DNA of 64,000 nt from Bacteroidales bacterium (GCA_016935435.1 JAFGQZ010000060.1:31262-95261), one strand, 5' to 3'. Numbered from the stretch's first letter, positions 32,379 to 42,460 are shown. Notes: generated from the sequence alone by a model not told the origin. Made by a program: numbers and translations.

Positions 32379-33668
32379 TCAATCCCGGCCACCGTTTTCA
32401 ACTTCATCGATCAGGGCAGAAGCTTTATCGGCCTGCAGCGAAACAAGATAGTAGAATACCTGGTCGAGTTTTTTCTGAACGCTGCTGTTTCCAGCAAAAC
32501 TCTTACGTAACTGGTAAAGCCTGAAAACTGTTTCGAGGTTACTTTTGCTATAAGAAACACCGGTAAATGTTTGGGTTTCTTCAAGGAACATGTACTGGAA
32601 CTCTTTTGTAGGCTCAATCATGGTTCCTTCGCCAAAGTCGTTCCAGGTAACCAGCTGCAGGTATTCAACCTCTTTGTTCCTGGCTTTTTGTAAGGTTTGG
32701 CGGTATGTTTCGCCATCGGCATGATCGATTTCCCAGTCGATGGAGCTTGGCCATCCGCCTTCGTTATAATAATGCCTGAACCCGGGATAGGCGCTGCCCA
32801 TTGCAACCGAAAGACTGTTGTACCGGTTGGAGTAAAAATTATCGATATGCGAATTATTCTCGTAAACCCATGAATATTCGCCCGAGGCATTTGCGCCGGC
32901 TTCGCCCGACTCGTACCACAGGGTTAAAAAGCTTGGTTTGGGGTTGATTTCAGAAAACACATAAGACCATTCGTCGGGGCTTGTTATTTGCTGAGGGCCA
33001 AAAATGGTAAGGAAGGGTTTAGAATTAACCTGCACATATTCGGGTTTGGAAAAGTAGTTGTCTTGCAGGTATTCCATATCGCTTTTTGCTGCGTCAAGTT
33101 TGTCGGCAGCTTTGCCTGCACTTACAACAGTGTTGGTCGTCCAGTCTTCGTAAGTTATGGAAAACTGTAAGCCGGTTTCGTCTAATAAGTCAATAAGCGC
33201 TTCGGAATTGCGTCGGTTAGCAGCAAAGTCGTTTACCTCGAAAGAGCCGTACCAGTCGATTATAACACCATCGATACCGGAGTATTTCATCAGCAGCAGG
33301 TGGTATTCTATCACGTTTTTATCGCCGGAGGCGTATGGCCCGATAAGTGGCTGGTAGTGCGAAGCAATGTTGTGATTGCCGTTTTCGTCAATAATGTCGG
33401 GGTTGCAGTTGCTCATTGTCCAGTGCATTCCCCATGTGCCATTGTTCGACTCTTTGCTTTCGAACCAGGGCATGTAATGTGCATAAACTTTTGTTGGGTT
33501 TGTTTTTAAAACAGCTACCGGTGCGAAAACTTCAATCTCCCCGTTGCCTGGCTTTACAGGGGGGGGCACATCGTCTTTGCCGCAGCTTGTTGCTATAAAC
33601 AGCCAGCATGCAAGGTTAAACAACACGATAATTAATGCCTTGTTGGTTTTTACTACGTAGCTGTTCAT
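32379..33668 (-). CDS. GH99/GH71-like (beta/alpha)8 glycoside hydrolase lipoprotein
   Basis: 429 aa. Lipobox ATSC. YAHYMPWF, HYQPLIGPYASGDKNVIEYHLLLMKYSGIDGVIIDWYG and LVTWNDFGEGTMIEP resemble GH99 (SFNEWHEGTQIEP) and GH71 (WNDYGES) signatures. Family assignment is not resolved. Confidence 0.65.
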   Translation of the reverse strand: MNSYVVKTNKALIIVLFNLACWLFIATSCGKDDVPPPVKPGNGEIEVFAPVAVLKTNPTKVYAHYMPWFESKESNNGTWGMHWTMSNCNPDIIDENGNHNIASHYQPLIGPYASGDKNVIEYHLLLMKYSGIDGVIIDWYGSFEVNDFAANRRNSEALIDLLDETGLQFSITYEDWTTNTVVSAGKAADKLDAAKSDMEYLQDNYFSKPEYVQVNSKPFLTIFGPQQITSPDEWSYVFSEINPKPSFLTLWYESGEAGANASGEYSWVYENNSHIDNFYSNRYNSLSVAMGSAYPGFRHYYNEGGWPSSIDWEIDHADGETYRQTLQKARNKEVEYLQLVTWNDFGEGTMIEPTKEFQYMFLEETQTFTGVSYSKSNLETVFRLYQLRKSFAGNSSVQKKLDQVFYYLVSLQADKASALIDEVENGGRD

Positions 33669-33730
33669 GTTTTTAAAATTAAGTAAAAAAAAGCTGCAAG
33701 GTTATTCCTTGCAGCCTATAAATATTGTTG

Positions 33731-35239
33731 CTAATATCCGGGGTTTTGAACAAGATTTGAGTTCTTGACCAGTTCATTTGCCGGAATAGGGAATATGGCC
33801 ATATCTCTTGACGATGCAGGTTTTTCCCACCAGGGCCCGAAATATGTTCCAAAGCGAATGTTTACCGAGCGGCGAATTCCTTCGAACAAGAATTCGTACA
33901 ACCATTCCCTGTCGAGCACTTCAAGTGTAACCGGGTTCGGTGTAGATGTAAGCCCCGAACGGGTGCGGATCTGGCTTACTATCGGGTAAGCTTCTGCAGC
34001 CCTTTCCAATCTTACCAGGCATTCGGCCTTCATCATCAGAACCTCGGCATAGCGCATCAGCACCCAATCGTTGTCGCGCTCTGCTACGTCGCCTTCTTTG
34101 GTTTCGTATTTGGCAATACGCACTCCTTCATATTCTTTTGCACTGCGAAAATTTTCAATGGTTTCGGTATAAATAAGGGGCGCACCTGTTCGATCAGGAA
34201 TAGTATCGCCGGTAACAATATTAATTTGCGGCCCCTCGCACATGGCAGCAATTCTTTCGTCGGCAGGATCGAACAATGAATAAACGCCTGGCTGGGCGCA
34301 TGGGCCGTTTACCGACCACGACCATCCAGAGGCACTGGCAGAAAATGCCTGCCACTGGTTGTAATGGTAGGTAAGGCTCAGGAAATAGTTGCCTACTGTA
34401 CCTTCGACATGGTCGTAGGGTATGGCAAATATTATCTCTGTGGAATTTTGGTTTTGCTGCACAAAATTATCAAGCACATTCGCGGTTAAAGTGTAGCCTT
34501 TAACTTTGTCGCAGGCGTCAATGCAATCCTGCCAACGGGGCGTTCCGGTATAAACCTCTGCATTGATGTACAAACGTGCAAGCAGGGTATTGGCAACATT
34601 CTGGGTGAAACGGCCGTATTCTATCTGCGGCTGCAGCAAATCGATAATGTCGAGCAGTTCCGTTTCGACAAATTCAAATACCTGTGCCCTTGGTGTGTTG
34701 GGTTTAAGTTCATCGTCGGTAAAAGAAGTTACAACTGGCACATTGCCATACCAGTCGAGCAACAGGTAGTAATAGTAAGCCCTAACGCCCCTGATTTCGG
34801 CCATGGCTATTTCTTTTTCTTTTTCAGGCATATCGGATTGTTCAAACGACTGCAATACAAAGTTGCATGTGGTAATTCCGGAATAGCAGTATTTCCATGC
34901 GCCTAAAACCATTGCGTTTTCGGGTTTCAGGGTATGGGCCTGTGCATCCTGGTAGCGGCCGTTATCGTACCAGTCGTTGCCCCTTTGCGGAACACAAAAC
35001 TCGTCAGAAACGCATTCAATAAGAAAATATACATATTCGCTGGCCGGATAGCAGTTCGATTCAGCATCGGCGAAGCCCCTTAACGAAGCGTATGCGCTGC
35101 CGGCAATGGTCTTAAGTTCTTCTGGTGTAGTTCCGTAATCGGAAGAAGGCACAACGTTAAAGAACTCTTCTTCGAGGTTTGTACAGGCTGTTGCCCACAA
35201 GGCAAGAATTCCTGTTATTATTAATGATTTTATGTTCAT
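33731..35239 (-). CDS. SusD/RagB-family nutrient-binding outer-membrane lipoprotein
   Basis: 502 aa. Lipobox ATAC. Sits immediately downstream of SusC. TPR-like helical composition and the C-terminal PIPANEL...NPGY ending typical of SusD homologues. Confidence 0.9.
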   Translation of the reverse strand: MNIKSLIITGILALWATACTNLEEEFFNVVPSSDYGTTPEELKTIAGSAYASLRGFADAESNCYPASEYVYFLIECVSDEFCVPQRGNDWYDNGRYQDAQAHTLKPENAMVLGAWKYCYSGITTCNFVLQSFEQSDMPEKEKEIAMAEIRGVRAYYYYLLLDWYGNVPVVTSFTDDELKPNTPRAQVFEFVETELLDIIDLLQPQIEYGRFTQNVANTLLARLYINAEVYTGTPRWQDCIDACDKVKGYTLTANVLDNFVQQNQNSTEIIFAIPYDHVEGTVGNYFLSLTYHYNQWQAFSASASGWSWSVNGPCAQPGVYSLFDPADERIAAMCEGPQINIVTGDTIPDRTGAPLIYTETIENFRSAKEYEGVRIAKYETKEGDVAERDNDWVLMRYAEVLMMKAECLVRLERAAEAYPIVSQIRTRSGLTSTPNPVTLEVLDREWLYEFLFEGIRRSVNIRFGTYFGPWWEKPASSRDMAIFPIPANELVKNSNLVQNPGY

Positions 35240-35289
35240 AATTTTATTTATTTTCTATTAGGTATATCCGTTAAACTATTTCTTCTTTG

Positions 35290-38200
35290 TTAAAATGTTA
35301 GGTTAAGGCCAAAGGTTAATGTCCTTGGCCGGGGATATACATTAAACCTGTCGATGCCCGGGCTGCTCAATGGATCCATTTTTCCCTCGGCTGCATTGTA
35401 GCTTTCAAGCCTAATTTCGGGGTCTAGTCCACTATAACCGGTTATCACAAAAAGGTTTTCGCCGGTTGCATAAACACGTAGTTTATCGATGCCGGCTTTA
35501 TTAATGTTAACCGTATAGCCCAGGGTCAACGACTGCAACCTGAAGAACGAAGCATCTTCAATCCAGTAGCTGCTAAAGGTTGTGTTCGATGTAATACTAT
35601 CGGCAAAAACCCTGTCGGGAACATTAAGGCCGGGGAAACGGTTCATAGTGTTCAGCGACATGGCCGTTGCATTAAGCACCTTTTGCCCGAAAAGGCCATA
35701 GGTTGAAATACTCAGGTCGAAACCCTTGAAGGTTAGCCCGGTGCTTATGCCCAGGTTTAATTTTGGTTGGGCATTTCCTAAATCTTTATTGAGGGTGTCG
35801 TTTGGCGACATAGTCAGAACTTTGCCATTTACATCGATAAATTTGCCGTTTTCGTTAAGGCCGGTGCATTCTTCACCCCAGAATGTGCCTACGGCATATC
35901 CTTCCCTTATGGTTTGGGAGTATTGGTTCGACATGCCTGGTAAGCCATGCAATGAGCCGGTTGGCACAGCTTCGGTTGTATAAATATCGTTCGACAGTTT
36001 TTCAATAACCATGTTGTTACGGGCCAATGAAAGGTTTATGTTCCATTGCAAATCTTTTTGTTGAATCACTGTATAATCGAATGTAATTTCTATCCCTTTG
36101 TTTGAAAGATCGCCAACATTTGCAAGTGTTTCGTGGAACAAGTTTGGGGGAATGGGTACTGCATAAGTGAACAACAGGTCGTTTGTAACTTTCTTGTACA
36201 GGTCGATTGTTGCCGAAAGCCTGTTAAAAACACTTATGTCGATACCAATATTCGTTTGGGTAGTAGATTCCCACTTCAGATCGGGGTTTGGGTTTTGTAT
36301 GGGGGAGTATGAAGCTTTCCAGGTTTGGGTAACTGGGTCGTAATATTTTCCGCCCACTGTTCCTAACAAGGCCAGCGATTTATATTCCCCAATGGCATCC
36401 TGGCTGCCGGTTACACCATAGCCCGCGCGCAATTTTAAATGGTTTAGCCAGTTCTGGCTGGAGGCCATAAAGGCTTCATCGGAAATTTTCCAGGCACCGG
36501 CAACCGAGGGGAACAAACCCCATTTGTTGTTTCCGCCAAAGCGGCTTGATCCGTCCTGGCGCAAAGTAGCGGTTATTATATACCGTCCGTTGAAGCTGTA
36601 ATTTGCCCTTCCGAAAAACGATATTAGTTTTGAATTTCCCTTGTATGAGCTAACATCATCGGTGCGGTAATCAATACCGGCACCAAGGCTGTTGTATAAA
36701 AACATGTCGGTATCGAAATAGCGACGCTGGGCAAAAAATCCTTCATAGGTGTTATCGAGGTATGAATAGCCACCCATAAGGTTAACCCTGTGCATACCGG
36801 CAAATTCTTTGTCGTAGTTCAGGTAGGTTTCTATTTGCTGTGTGTTATAATCGCCCAGCGAACGGTTGGCATACCCATGGTCGGTTGAGCGGAAGCGGTT
36901 TATCGGTAAATAGTACCTGCCCTGGTGCGAGCCATAAATCATCGAAGTGTTTACAATACCTTTAAGTCCGGGCAGAATTTCTAGTTCGGCTTTTGCATAG
37001 CCCAGAAACCTTTTGTTGGTTTGATCGTTGTTTAGGTTTTCCAACATTTCAACCGGGTTTTCAGCCAGGTTGTCGTTTGTTTGGAAGTATGCCCCGGTAG
37101 AATCGAAAACCGGCGCTGTGGGGTTCACATTGTATGTACGTTCAAAAACATAGTTGTCGATTGGGGTATAATTGTCGAATGTAGAATGAATTCCAAAATC
37201 GAGCTTAAGTTTTTTGTTTAAACCGTATGTGTGACCAGAAAGGCTGGCACCTAATCTTTGGAGGTATGAAGTTTTTATTACCCCCTGGTTGTCCATATAG
37301 GTTAAAGAGGCCCTGTAGCCGCCATCTTCGTTGGAACTGCTGAAGGATATGGTGTGCGACTGCGAAACCGATTTCTGCACTATTTCTTTTTGCCAGTCGG
37401 TATTGCCCCCATAATCAATGGCAGCAGTTTTTTCATATTCTTCAACTTTTTGCCTCCATTCATCGGCGCTTAGCATGTCGATATAATTCGAAGGCTTTGC
37501 GAATGCCACATAGTTCGAGTACTCAATATGTTTTCCTTTGCCCGGCTTCGAAGTAGTAATGATAATTACGCCGTTTGCACCCCTTGAGCCATATATTGCG
37601 GCCGATGAGGCATCTTTAAGCACATCGATGGAAACAATGTCGGAAGGTTGAATGGTGTTGATGTCAACCCCAGGAATACCATCGACTACTACCAGCGGAC
37701 TGCTGCTGGCACTTAAAGAGGTTCCTCCCCTTAAGCGCATGGTTGCCCCTTCTGTGGGGTCGCCTGAGCCTTTTATTACGGTTAAGCCGGCAACTTTTCC
37801 TTGTAGCATTTGCTCGGTGGTGGTAATTACCCCTTTATGCAAATCGTCGGCCGATACCGAAGTGATTGAACCGGTCAAATCTTGTTTTCGCATGGTGCCA
37901 TACCCTACAACCACAACCTCGCTCAGGCTAAGTATGTCCATGGTAAGGGTAACGTCGATATTGCGGTTTGTTCCAACGATAATTTCTTCGGTAAGATAGC
38001 CTATATATTGAAATACCAGTATGGCGTTTTCGTCGGGCACTTCAATCTGGTAGTTCCCGTTTAGGTCGGTTACTGTGCCCGTTGTAGTTCCTTTAACCAT
38101 TATGTTTACGCCTGGCAATGGTTCATTTTCATCGGAACTGGTTACTTTTCCTGTTATTAATAATTTCTGCAACATAAAACTTTCGCCCTTGTTGCCCAGC

Positions 38201-38547
38201 ACTATTTGTTTGCTTTTTATGCGGTAAGCAATTTGCGTGCCTGCAAAAAGTTCGTCCAGCACTGTTTCAATAGCTTTGTTTTCAAGGCTCATGGTTTTTT
38301 GCTGGTTAACGTCCACTTTTGCATTGTCGTAAAGAAAGGTGTAGTCGGTTTGCCTTTCAATTTCTTTCAGGATGCTCCGTATGGAGGTGTTTTCCATTTT
38401 TAAAGTGAGGAAGTCTTGCGAATAATTCGCCGATACTTTAAAAAAGCTTAATAAGATAAAAAGAAATGTAAATCTCATAGCCAGGAGTTTTTTTGAAGAT
38501 ACAATTATCTCCCTGAAATTTACATATTTGTCAATAATATTTTTCAT
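35290..38547 (-). CDS. SusC-type TonB-dependent transporter with N-terminal STN signalling domain
   Basis: 1085 aa. STN-like segment (SIRSILKEIERQTDYTFLY...), CarboxypepD_reg-like segment (ITGKVTSSDENEPLPGVNIMVKGTTTGTVTDLNGNYQI), plug (VVVGYGT, IRGG-like LRGGTS), and a C-terminal beta-barrel ending LTF. The true start may be MRFTFLF at 38478. Confidence 0.93.
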   Translation of the reverse strand: MKNIIDKYVNFREIIVSSKKLLAMRFTFLFILLSFFKVSANYSQDFLTLKMENTSIRSILKEIERQTDYTFLYDNAKVDVNQQKTMSLENKAIETVLDELFAGTQIAYRIKSKQIVLGNKGESFMLQKLLITGKVTSSDENEPLPGVNIMVKGTTTGTVTDLNGNYQIEVPDENAILVFQYIGYLTEEIIVGTNRNIDVTLTMDILSLSEVVVVGYGTMRKQDLTGSITSVSADDLHKGVITTTEQMLQGKVAGLTVIKGSGDPTEGATMRLRGGTSLSASSSPLVVVDGIPGVDINTIQPSDIVSIDVLKDASSAAIYGSRGANGVIIITTSKPGKGKHIEYSNYVAFAKPSNYIDMLSADEWRQKVEEYEKTAAIDYGGNTDWQKEIVQKSVSQSHTISFSSSNEDGGYRASLTYMDNQGVIKTSYLQRLGASLSGHTYGLNKKLKLDFGIHSTFDNYTPIDNYVFERTYNVNPTAPVFDSTGAYFQTNDNLAENPVEMLENLNNDQTNKRFLGYAKAELEILPGLKGIVNTSMIYGSHQGRYYLPINRFRSTDHGYANRSLGDYNTQQIETYLNYDKEFAGMHRVNLMGGYSYLDNTYEGFFAQRRYFDTDMFLYNSLGAGIDYRTDDVSSYKGNSKLISFFGRANYSFNGRYIITATLRQDGSSRFGGNNKWGLFPSVAGAWKISDEAFMASSQNWLNHLKLRAGYGVTGSQDAIGEYKSLALLGTVGGKYYDPVTQTWKASYSPIQNPNPDLKWESTTQTNIGIDISVFNRLSATIDLYKKVTNDLLFTYAVPIPPNLFHETLANVGDLSNKGIEITFDYTVIQQKDLQWNINLSLARNNMVIEKLSNDIYTTEAVPTGSLHGLPGMSNQYSQTIREGYAVGTFWGEECTGLNENGKFIDVNGKVLTMSPNDTLNKDLGNAQPKLNLGISTGLTFKGFDLSISTYGLFGQKVLNATAMSLNTMNRFPGLNVPDRVFADSITSNTTFSSYWIEDASFFRLQSLTLGYTVNINKAGIDKLRVYATGENLFVITGYSGLDPEIRLESYNAAEGKMDPLSSPGIDRFNVYPRPRTLTFGLNLTF

Positions 38548-38707
38548 ACTTTAGTATGTTTAGGGTTAATACTTTTTACTGAACATTACTGTTTTACAGT
38601 GGGTAATTCTGAAGTTTATTTGTTAGGTTTTGCCTGGGTTTTCCGGTTTATTTTAAGGGAAGCTGCCGGGCCTGCATATTTGTTTAGGGCAATAGTTTTT
38701 TTTCATG

Positions 38708-39718
38708 TTAGTTAGGTGCTTTAAATTTTACATATACCTGGTCTTTTTCAATTTTATATTCCATAGGGGTAATAAAATGAAGAAGTTCCATTACTTCGTT
38801 CAACGACTCTGTTTTTATTGTCATGGTGTACCGTGGGGGATAGTTGAGCCTGTTCATGAAATTGAAATTCACCCCATACCAGTTGCCCAATTTCTTAAAA
38901 ACCCTCTCGTAGTGTTCGTTGTCCATAATAAGCATCTGGTTTTTCCAGGCAACAATGGTTTCTACATCGGCATAAAGGGTATTCAATTCGTTGGAGAATT
39001 TATCATAAACAGCCATTTGATTGGCTTTGAGCTTTACGGGCCTGAACATATTGTCTTTTGCCGATGAAACCTGCACTGTGCCCTCTTCAACAGTTGTTTC
39101 GATGAAACTATCGGTTTTATATGCCGAAATGTTAAATTTGGTGCCAATAACTTTAATATTTATTTCCCCGGCATCGACTTTAAATGCTAAACGCTTGTTT
39201 TTTGAAACATTAAAATAGGCCTCGCCCTCCATTTTAATTTTACGATTGGTAATGCCGTAATTACGATCGACTTCAACCCGGCTGCCGCCATTTAGCCATA
39301 TTGTGCTGGAGTCGGAAAGGGTTATCAGCGATTTTTCGCCCCTGGGCGCTTCAAAAACCAGGTTAGATTTGTCCGAAAGTTTTCCAAGGAATACCAATGA
39401 ACCTATAGAAGCGCCTATAAACAAACCGATAACCAATATGGCTGCAATGCGAAACAATGCCGGCCTTACGAGTTTCCTGGCTTTGAAATTGCTTTCCAGT
39501 GTAGCCATGCGCGAGATTTTACTGTTAAGTTTCTGCCAACTTGAATCAGAATCGGCATTTTTCTCCGGACTCCAATGCCTGATATAAGTAGTGAAATGAT
39601 CTTTGTTTAGCGGTTCGGTTTTTAAAAAGCCAAGCAGGCGGCTATATTCATCCTCTTTCAGTTCTCCTCTCAGGTATGCCTCTATAAGCCTGTCGATATT
39701 TTTTTGTTCCTCGTTCAT
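38708..39718 (-). CDS. FecR-family anti-sigma factor
   Basis: 336 aa. N-terminal cytoplasmic segment, one TM (AAILVIGLFIGASIGSLVFL), FecR domain (TIWLNGGSRVEV...GEAYFNV) and a C-terminal DUF4974-like segment. Confidence 0.9.
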   Translation of the reverse strand: MNEEQKNIDRLIEAYLRGELKEDEYSRLLGFLKTEPLNKDHFTTYIRHWSPEKNADSDSSWQKLNSKISRMATLESNFKARKLVRPALFRIAAILVIGLFIGASIGSLVFLGKLSDKSNLVFEAPRGEKSLITLSDSSTIWLNGGSRVEVDRNYGITNRKIKMEGEAYFNVSKNKRLAFKVDAGEINIKVIGTKFNISAYKTDSFIETTVEEGTVQVSSAKDNMFRPVKLKANQMAVYDKFSNELNTLYADVETIVAWKNQMLIMDNEHYERVFKKLGNWYGVNFNFMNRLNYPPRYTMTIKTESLNEVMELLHFITPMEYKIEKDQVYVKFKAPN

Positions 39719-39796
39719 GTTTATCCTTTTCTATAATTTAACCATTATTGGGCACTTTTACCCATCTTGGAAATATTTTTTTTTAACCTGGTATAG

Positions 39797-39948
39797 TGAG
39801 AAGGTGAAAGAAATGAAAGAAATGAAGGGAATGAAAATAATTATAAAATGAAGGGAATGAAAGAATGAAGGAGAATAAAAAAACACTGTTCACTGCTTTC
39901 CGTTTACCGAAAACTGTTCATAGTTATACTTTAAACTTAATTTGAAAT
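39797..39948. repeat. Degenerate composite simple-sequence element between the ECF sigma and FecR genes
   Basis: ATGAA(A/G)G(A/G)A-type units (six ATGAA cores at 39813-39869, mostly 9 bp apart, including three exact GAATGAA). CTGTTCA at 39886-39892 and 39914-39920. ACTTTAAACTT at 39928-39938. Same module order as 1061-1190. Confidence 0.8.
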
Positions 39949-39994
39949 TGGGGTAGCCGGGCAAGCAAAAATGCAAGAAAGAAGCAGATTATAG

Positions 39995-40597
39995 TCAGTA
40001 AAGCTCTTTTAAAACCAAAATAATAACAGCCAGGGGCAAACGGTCGCCAAAGTGTTTCCTGAATTCGCAAAGGGCCCTGGTAATATGTCGTTCGACGTTT
40101 TTAATGTTTATTTCGAGTTTTTCTGCAATTTCGCGGTTTTTGAGCCCCTCAATACGGCTGAGCATAAAAACATTACGGCATTGGCCAGGCAACTTGTTGA
40201 AAACATCTTCGATTTGCCGCTGTAGTTCTTTTTCTATTAACACATAAGGTTCGTTGCGAACAAAATCGATTCGGTATAGTTCTTCAACCTCCGACAGGTT
40301 CGACAGGTTAGAGTTAACATTTTCTACAATTTTCAGGTGTTTTAAATGGGTAAGGCATTGATTTTTTACCGATTTGAAAATAAAAGCTTCGATATTGATA
40401 GTTTCTACCGATTTCTTTTTTTCCCATAGTTTAATAAAAACATCCTGAACGATGTCTTTAGCGATATCTTCATCTTTAACTACTTTCCACGCAAAATCTT
40501 TAAGCCTGGGGTAAAGCCTTTTGAACAATAGCTCAAAGGCCCCGCGGTCGTCGGCTTTTATTCTCTGGAACAATTGGTTGCTTTCGGCATTTACCAT
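39995..40597 (-). CDS. ECF-type RNA polymerase sigma-70 factor
   Basis: 200 aa. Region 2 (DIAKDIVQDVFIKLWEK) and region 4 HTH (LKNREIAEKLEINIKNVERHITRA). Located upstream of FecR and STN-SusC. Confidence 0.9.
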   Translation of the reverse strand: MVNAESNQLFQRIKADDRGAFELLFKRLYPRLKDFAWKVVKDEDIAKDIVQDVFIKLWEKKKSVETINIEAFIFKSVKNQCLTHLKHLKIVENVNSNLSNLSEVEELYRIDFVRNEPYVLIEKELQRQIEDVFNKLPGQCRNVFMLSRIEGLKNREIAEKLEINIKNVERHITRALCEFRKHFGDRLPLAVIILVLKELY

Positions 40598-40763
40598 AGC
40601 ATGGGAGGTTTATTGCAGTTCTAGGCTTATTAAGTGGATGTTAGTTAATACTTTTTAATCGTATGGGCACGAATATATAAAGAAATATTTCAAGGCTCAA
40701 AGTTTGTTTGTGCACATTTTTGGTTTTTGAATGTTGCTGCGAGGCTGTAAGTTTTGTTTTCGT

Positions 40764-41162
40764 TCAGGTACGGCTCATTACAAGCTTGCCGTGCCGCACG
40801 CCTTTAAGCGAAATAAGCTGGTCGGCAAGGTTGGTCAAATCTTTTGCTTTACCCTTAACAGCAATGGTTTCAAGGCATAAATCGTGACTAAGGTGTATGT
40901 GTTGTGTCGAAATTACCAGGTGGTGATACTCGTGCTGAATATCGCCGGCTTTATTCGATAAGTCGTGTTTATGGTGATCGTACAAAAGCACAATGGCGCC
41001 TGCTACTTCGTTGTTACATTGCCATTTTTGCCCGATATAGGAATTTTCTATTAAAAACCGAATGGCTTGCGAGCGGTTCGGAAACTGGTTGTCGTGCACA
41101 AAAGTATCGAGCTTGTTTAAGGCTTCTTCTTCAATAGATACTCCAAATCGTTTAACTGTCAT
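40764..41162 (-). CDS. nikR: NikR-like nickel-responsive regulator (ribbon-helix-helix plus ACT-like metal-binding domain)
   Basis: 132 aa. RHH N-terminus (VKRFGVSIEEEALNKLDTFV...NRSQAIRFLI). His/Cys-rich C-domain (LLYDHHKHD...HEYHHLVISTQHIHLSHDLCLE). Confidence 0.78.
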   Translation of the reverse strand: MTVKRFGVSIEEEALNKLDTFVHDNQFPNRSQAIRFLIENSYIGQKWQCNNEVAGAIVLLYDHHKHDLSNKAGDIQHEYHHLVISTQHIHLSHDLCLETIAVKGKAKDLTNLADQLISLKGVRHGKLVMSRT

Positions 41163-41204
41163 GTTAAATGTTTATTATAAATTTCACATCAGGGCAAATG
41201 TATG

Positions 41205-42413
41205 CTAATTTTTTAGAGGTAGGCTAAAGGTAAAAGCACTGCCTTTTCCAGGTTTGCTTTTCACCCCAATCGAGCCGCCATTTTTTTCAATAAAGTCTTT
41301 GCAAAGTACCAAACCCAGCCCTGTGCCTTTTTCCCCGTCTGTTCCTATTGTGCTTTTTTTTGAAGACACAGAAAACAAATTCTTTTGGGTTTCTTCGTTT
41401 ATTCCAAGCCCGTTGTCCTTTACTGTTATTTCAATTTTTTTGTCAAGCAGCTTGTCCGACAATTCAATTTGGCCATTTTTTTTGGTGTATTTAATAGCAT
41501 TTGACACTAAATTCCGGAAAACAGTTAAAACCATCTTTTCATCGAAACTAGCTTTGGCTTGAGGGTTTATGTTGTTTATTACCCTGATGTTTTTCTTGTC
41601 GGACACCAATTTCAAATGATCAACGGCAAGTTGGGCAACATTATATACCGTTAATTCTTCGGTGTTTAGTGTAAACTCCCCTTTTTGAAATGCTGCCCAT
41701 TCTAACAAATTGTTAACCAACGAATACAGGTTATGGATCGAAGATGCAAATTCGTTCAGCATTTTTGTTTTTGTTGCAAGGGAAGAAATATCTTTAATTT
41801 CGGCAATTAGCGAATCTAAAGCGCCCAGAGGCCCCCGAAGGTCGTGGGCAATAATCGAGAGCATTAAGCTTTTGTTTTCGTTAAGCTCTGTGAGTTGGGC
41901 ATTTTTGGATTTTAATTCTTCTTGCGTTTTCTTTTGGCTTGATATATCGAAAACTATTCCAACCAGTTCAAGGGGCTTTTTATCGGCATCGCGCTTAATT
42001 ATTATTCCGCGGTCGTAAAACCACTTCCATTCGCCGTTTCTGCTTTTTATCCGGTATTCACATTCGTACGCTTCGCTCACACCATATAAATGGTTTCGCA
42101 TGTTCTGCATAACCATTTCGTAGTCTTCAGGGTGAATTTTTGAAGTAAAAAACTCAAAGCCGGTACCTTCCGGTATTTCTTGCAAATTATAGCCTAAGGC
42201 TTGTATTTTTTTTTCATTGAAATGAACCTTGTTTTCTTTAACATCCCACTGCCATTTGCCCAGGTTCCCGCTCCAGTCGAATTGTGCCTGTTCCTGGTAT
42301 TTTAGCTCTTGGTTTAATTGTTTATTTTGCTTTTCCAGGGCCGATATTTTATCGATAAGTTCAGCTTTTGATAAATTGCCCAATAGGTTGTTGTTGTCAA
42401 TGTTCAGGTTCAT
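41205..42413 (-). CDS. Cytoplasmic PAS-domain sensor histidine kinase
   Basis: 402 aa. Coiled coil, PAS/PAC (WQWDVKENKVHFN...YECEYRIKSRNGEWKWF), H-box IIAHDLRGPL, HATPase_c (NLVSNAIKYT, DNGLGI, GTGLGL). Confidence 0.88.
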   Translation of the reverse strand: MNLNIDNNNLLGNLSKAELIDKISALEKQNKQLNQELKYQEQAQFDWSGNLGKWQWDVKENKVHFNEKKIQALGYNLQEIPEGTGFEFFTSKIHPEDYEMVMQNMRNHLYGVSEAYECEYRIKSRNGEWKWFYDRGIIIKRDADKKPLELVGIVFDISSQKKTQEELKSKNAQLTELNENKSLMLSIIAHDLRGPLGALDSLIAEIKDISSLATKTKMLNEFASSIHNLYSLVNNLLEWAAFQKGEFTLNTEELTVYNVAQLAVDHLKLVSDKKNIRVINNINPQAKASFDEKMVLTVFRNLVSNAIKYTKKNGQIELSDKLLDKKIEITVKDNGLGINEETQKNLFSVSSKKSTIGTDGEKGTGLGLVLCKDFIEKNGGSIGVKSKPGKGSAFTFSLPLKN

Positions 42414-42460
42414 AATATAGCTTTTGGTTAGTAGTAATGTATTTCTTTTTTGTAAAGGTT

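Noticed and set aside
39603-39851. 82-aa plus-strand ORF ending ...EKVKEMKEMKGMKIIIK
   Set aside because: Its C-terminus is simply the translation of the ATGAARGRA simple-sequence repeats, and its 5' part overlaps FecR antisense.
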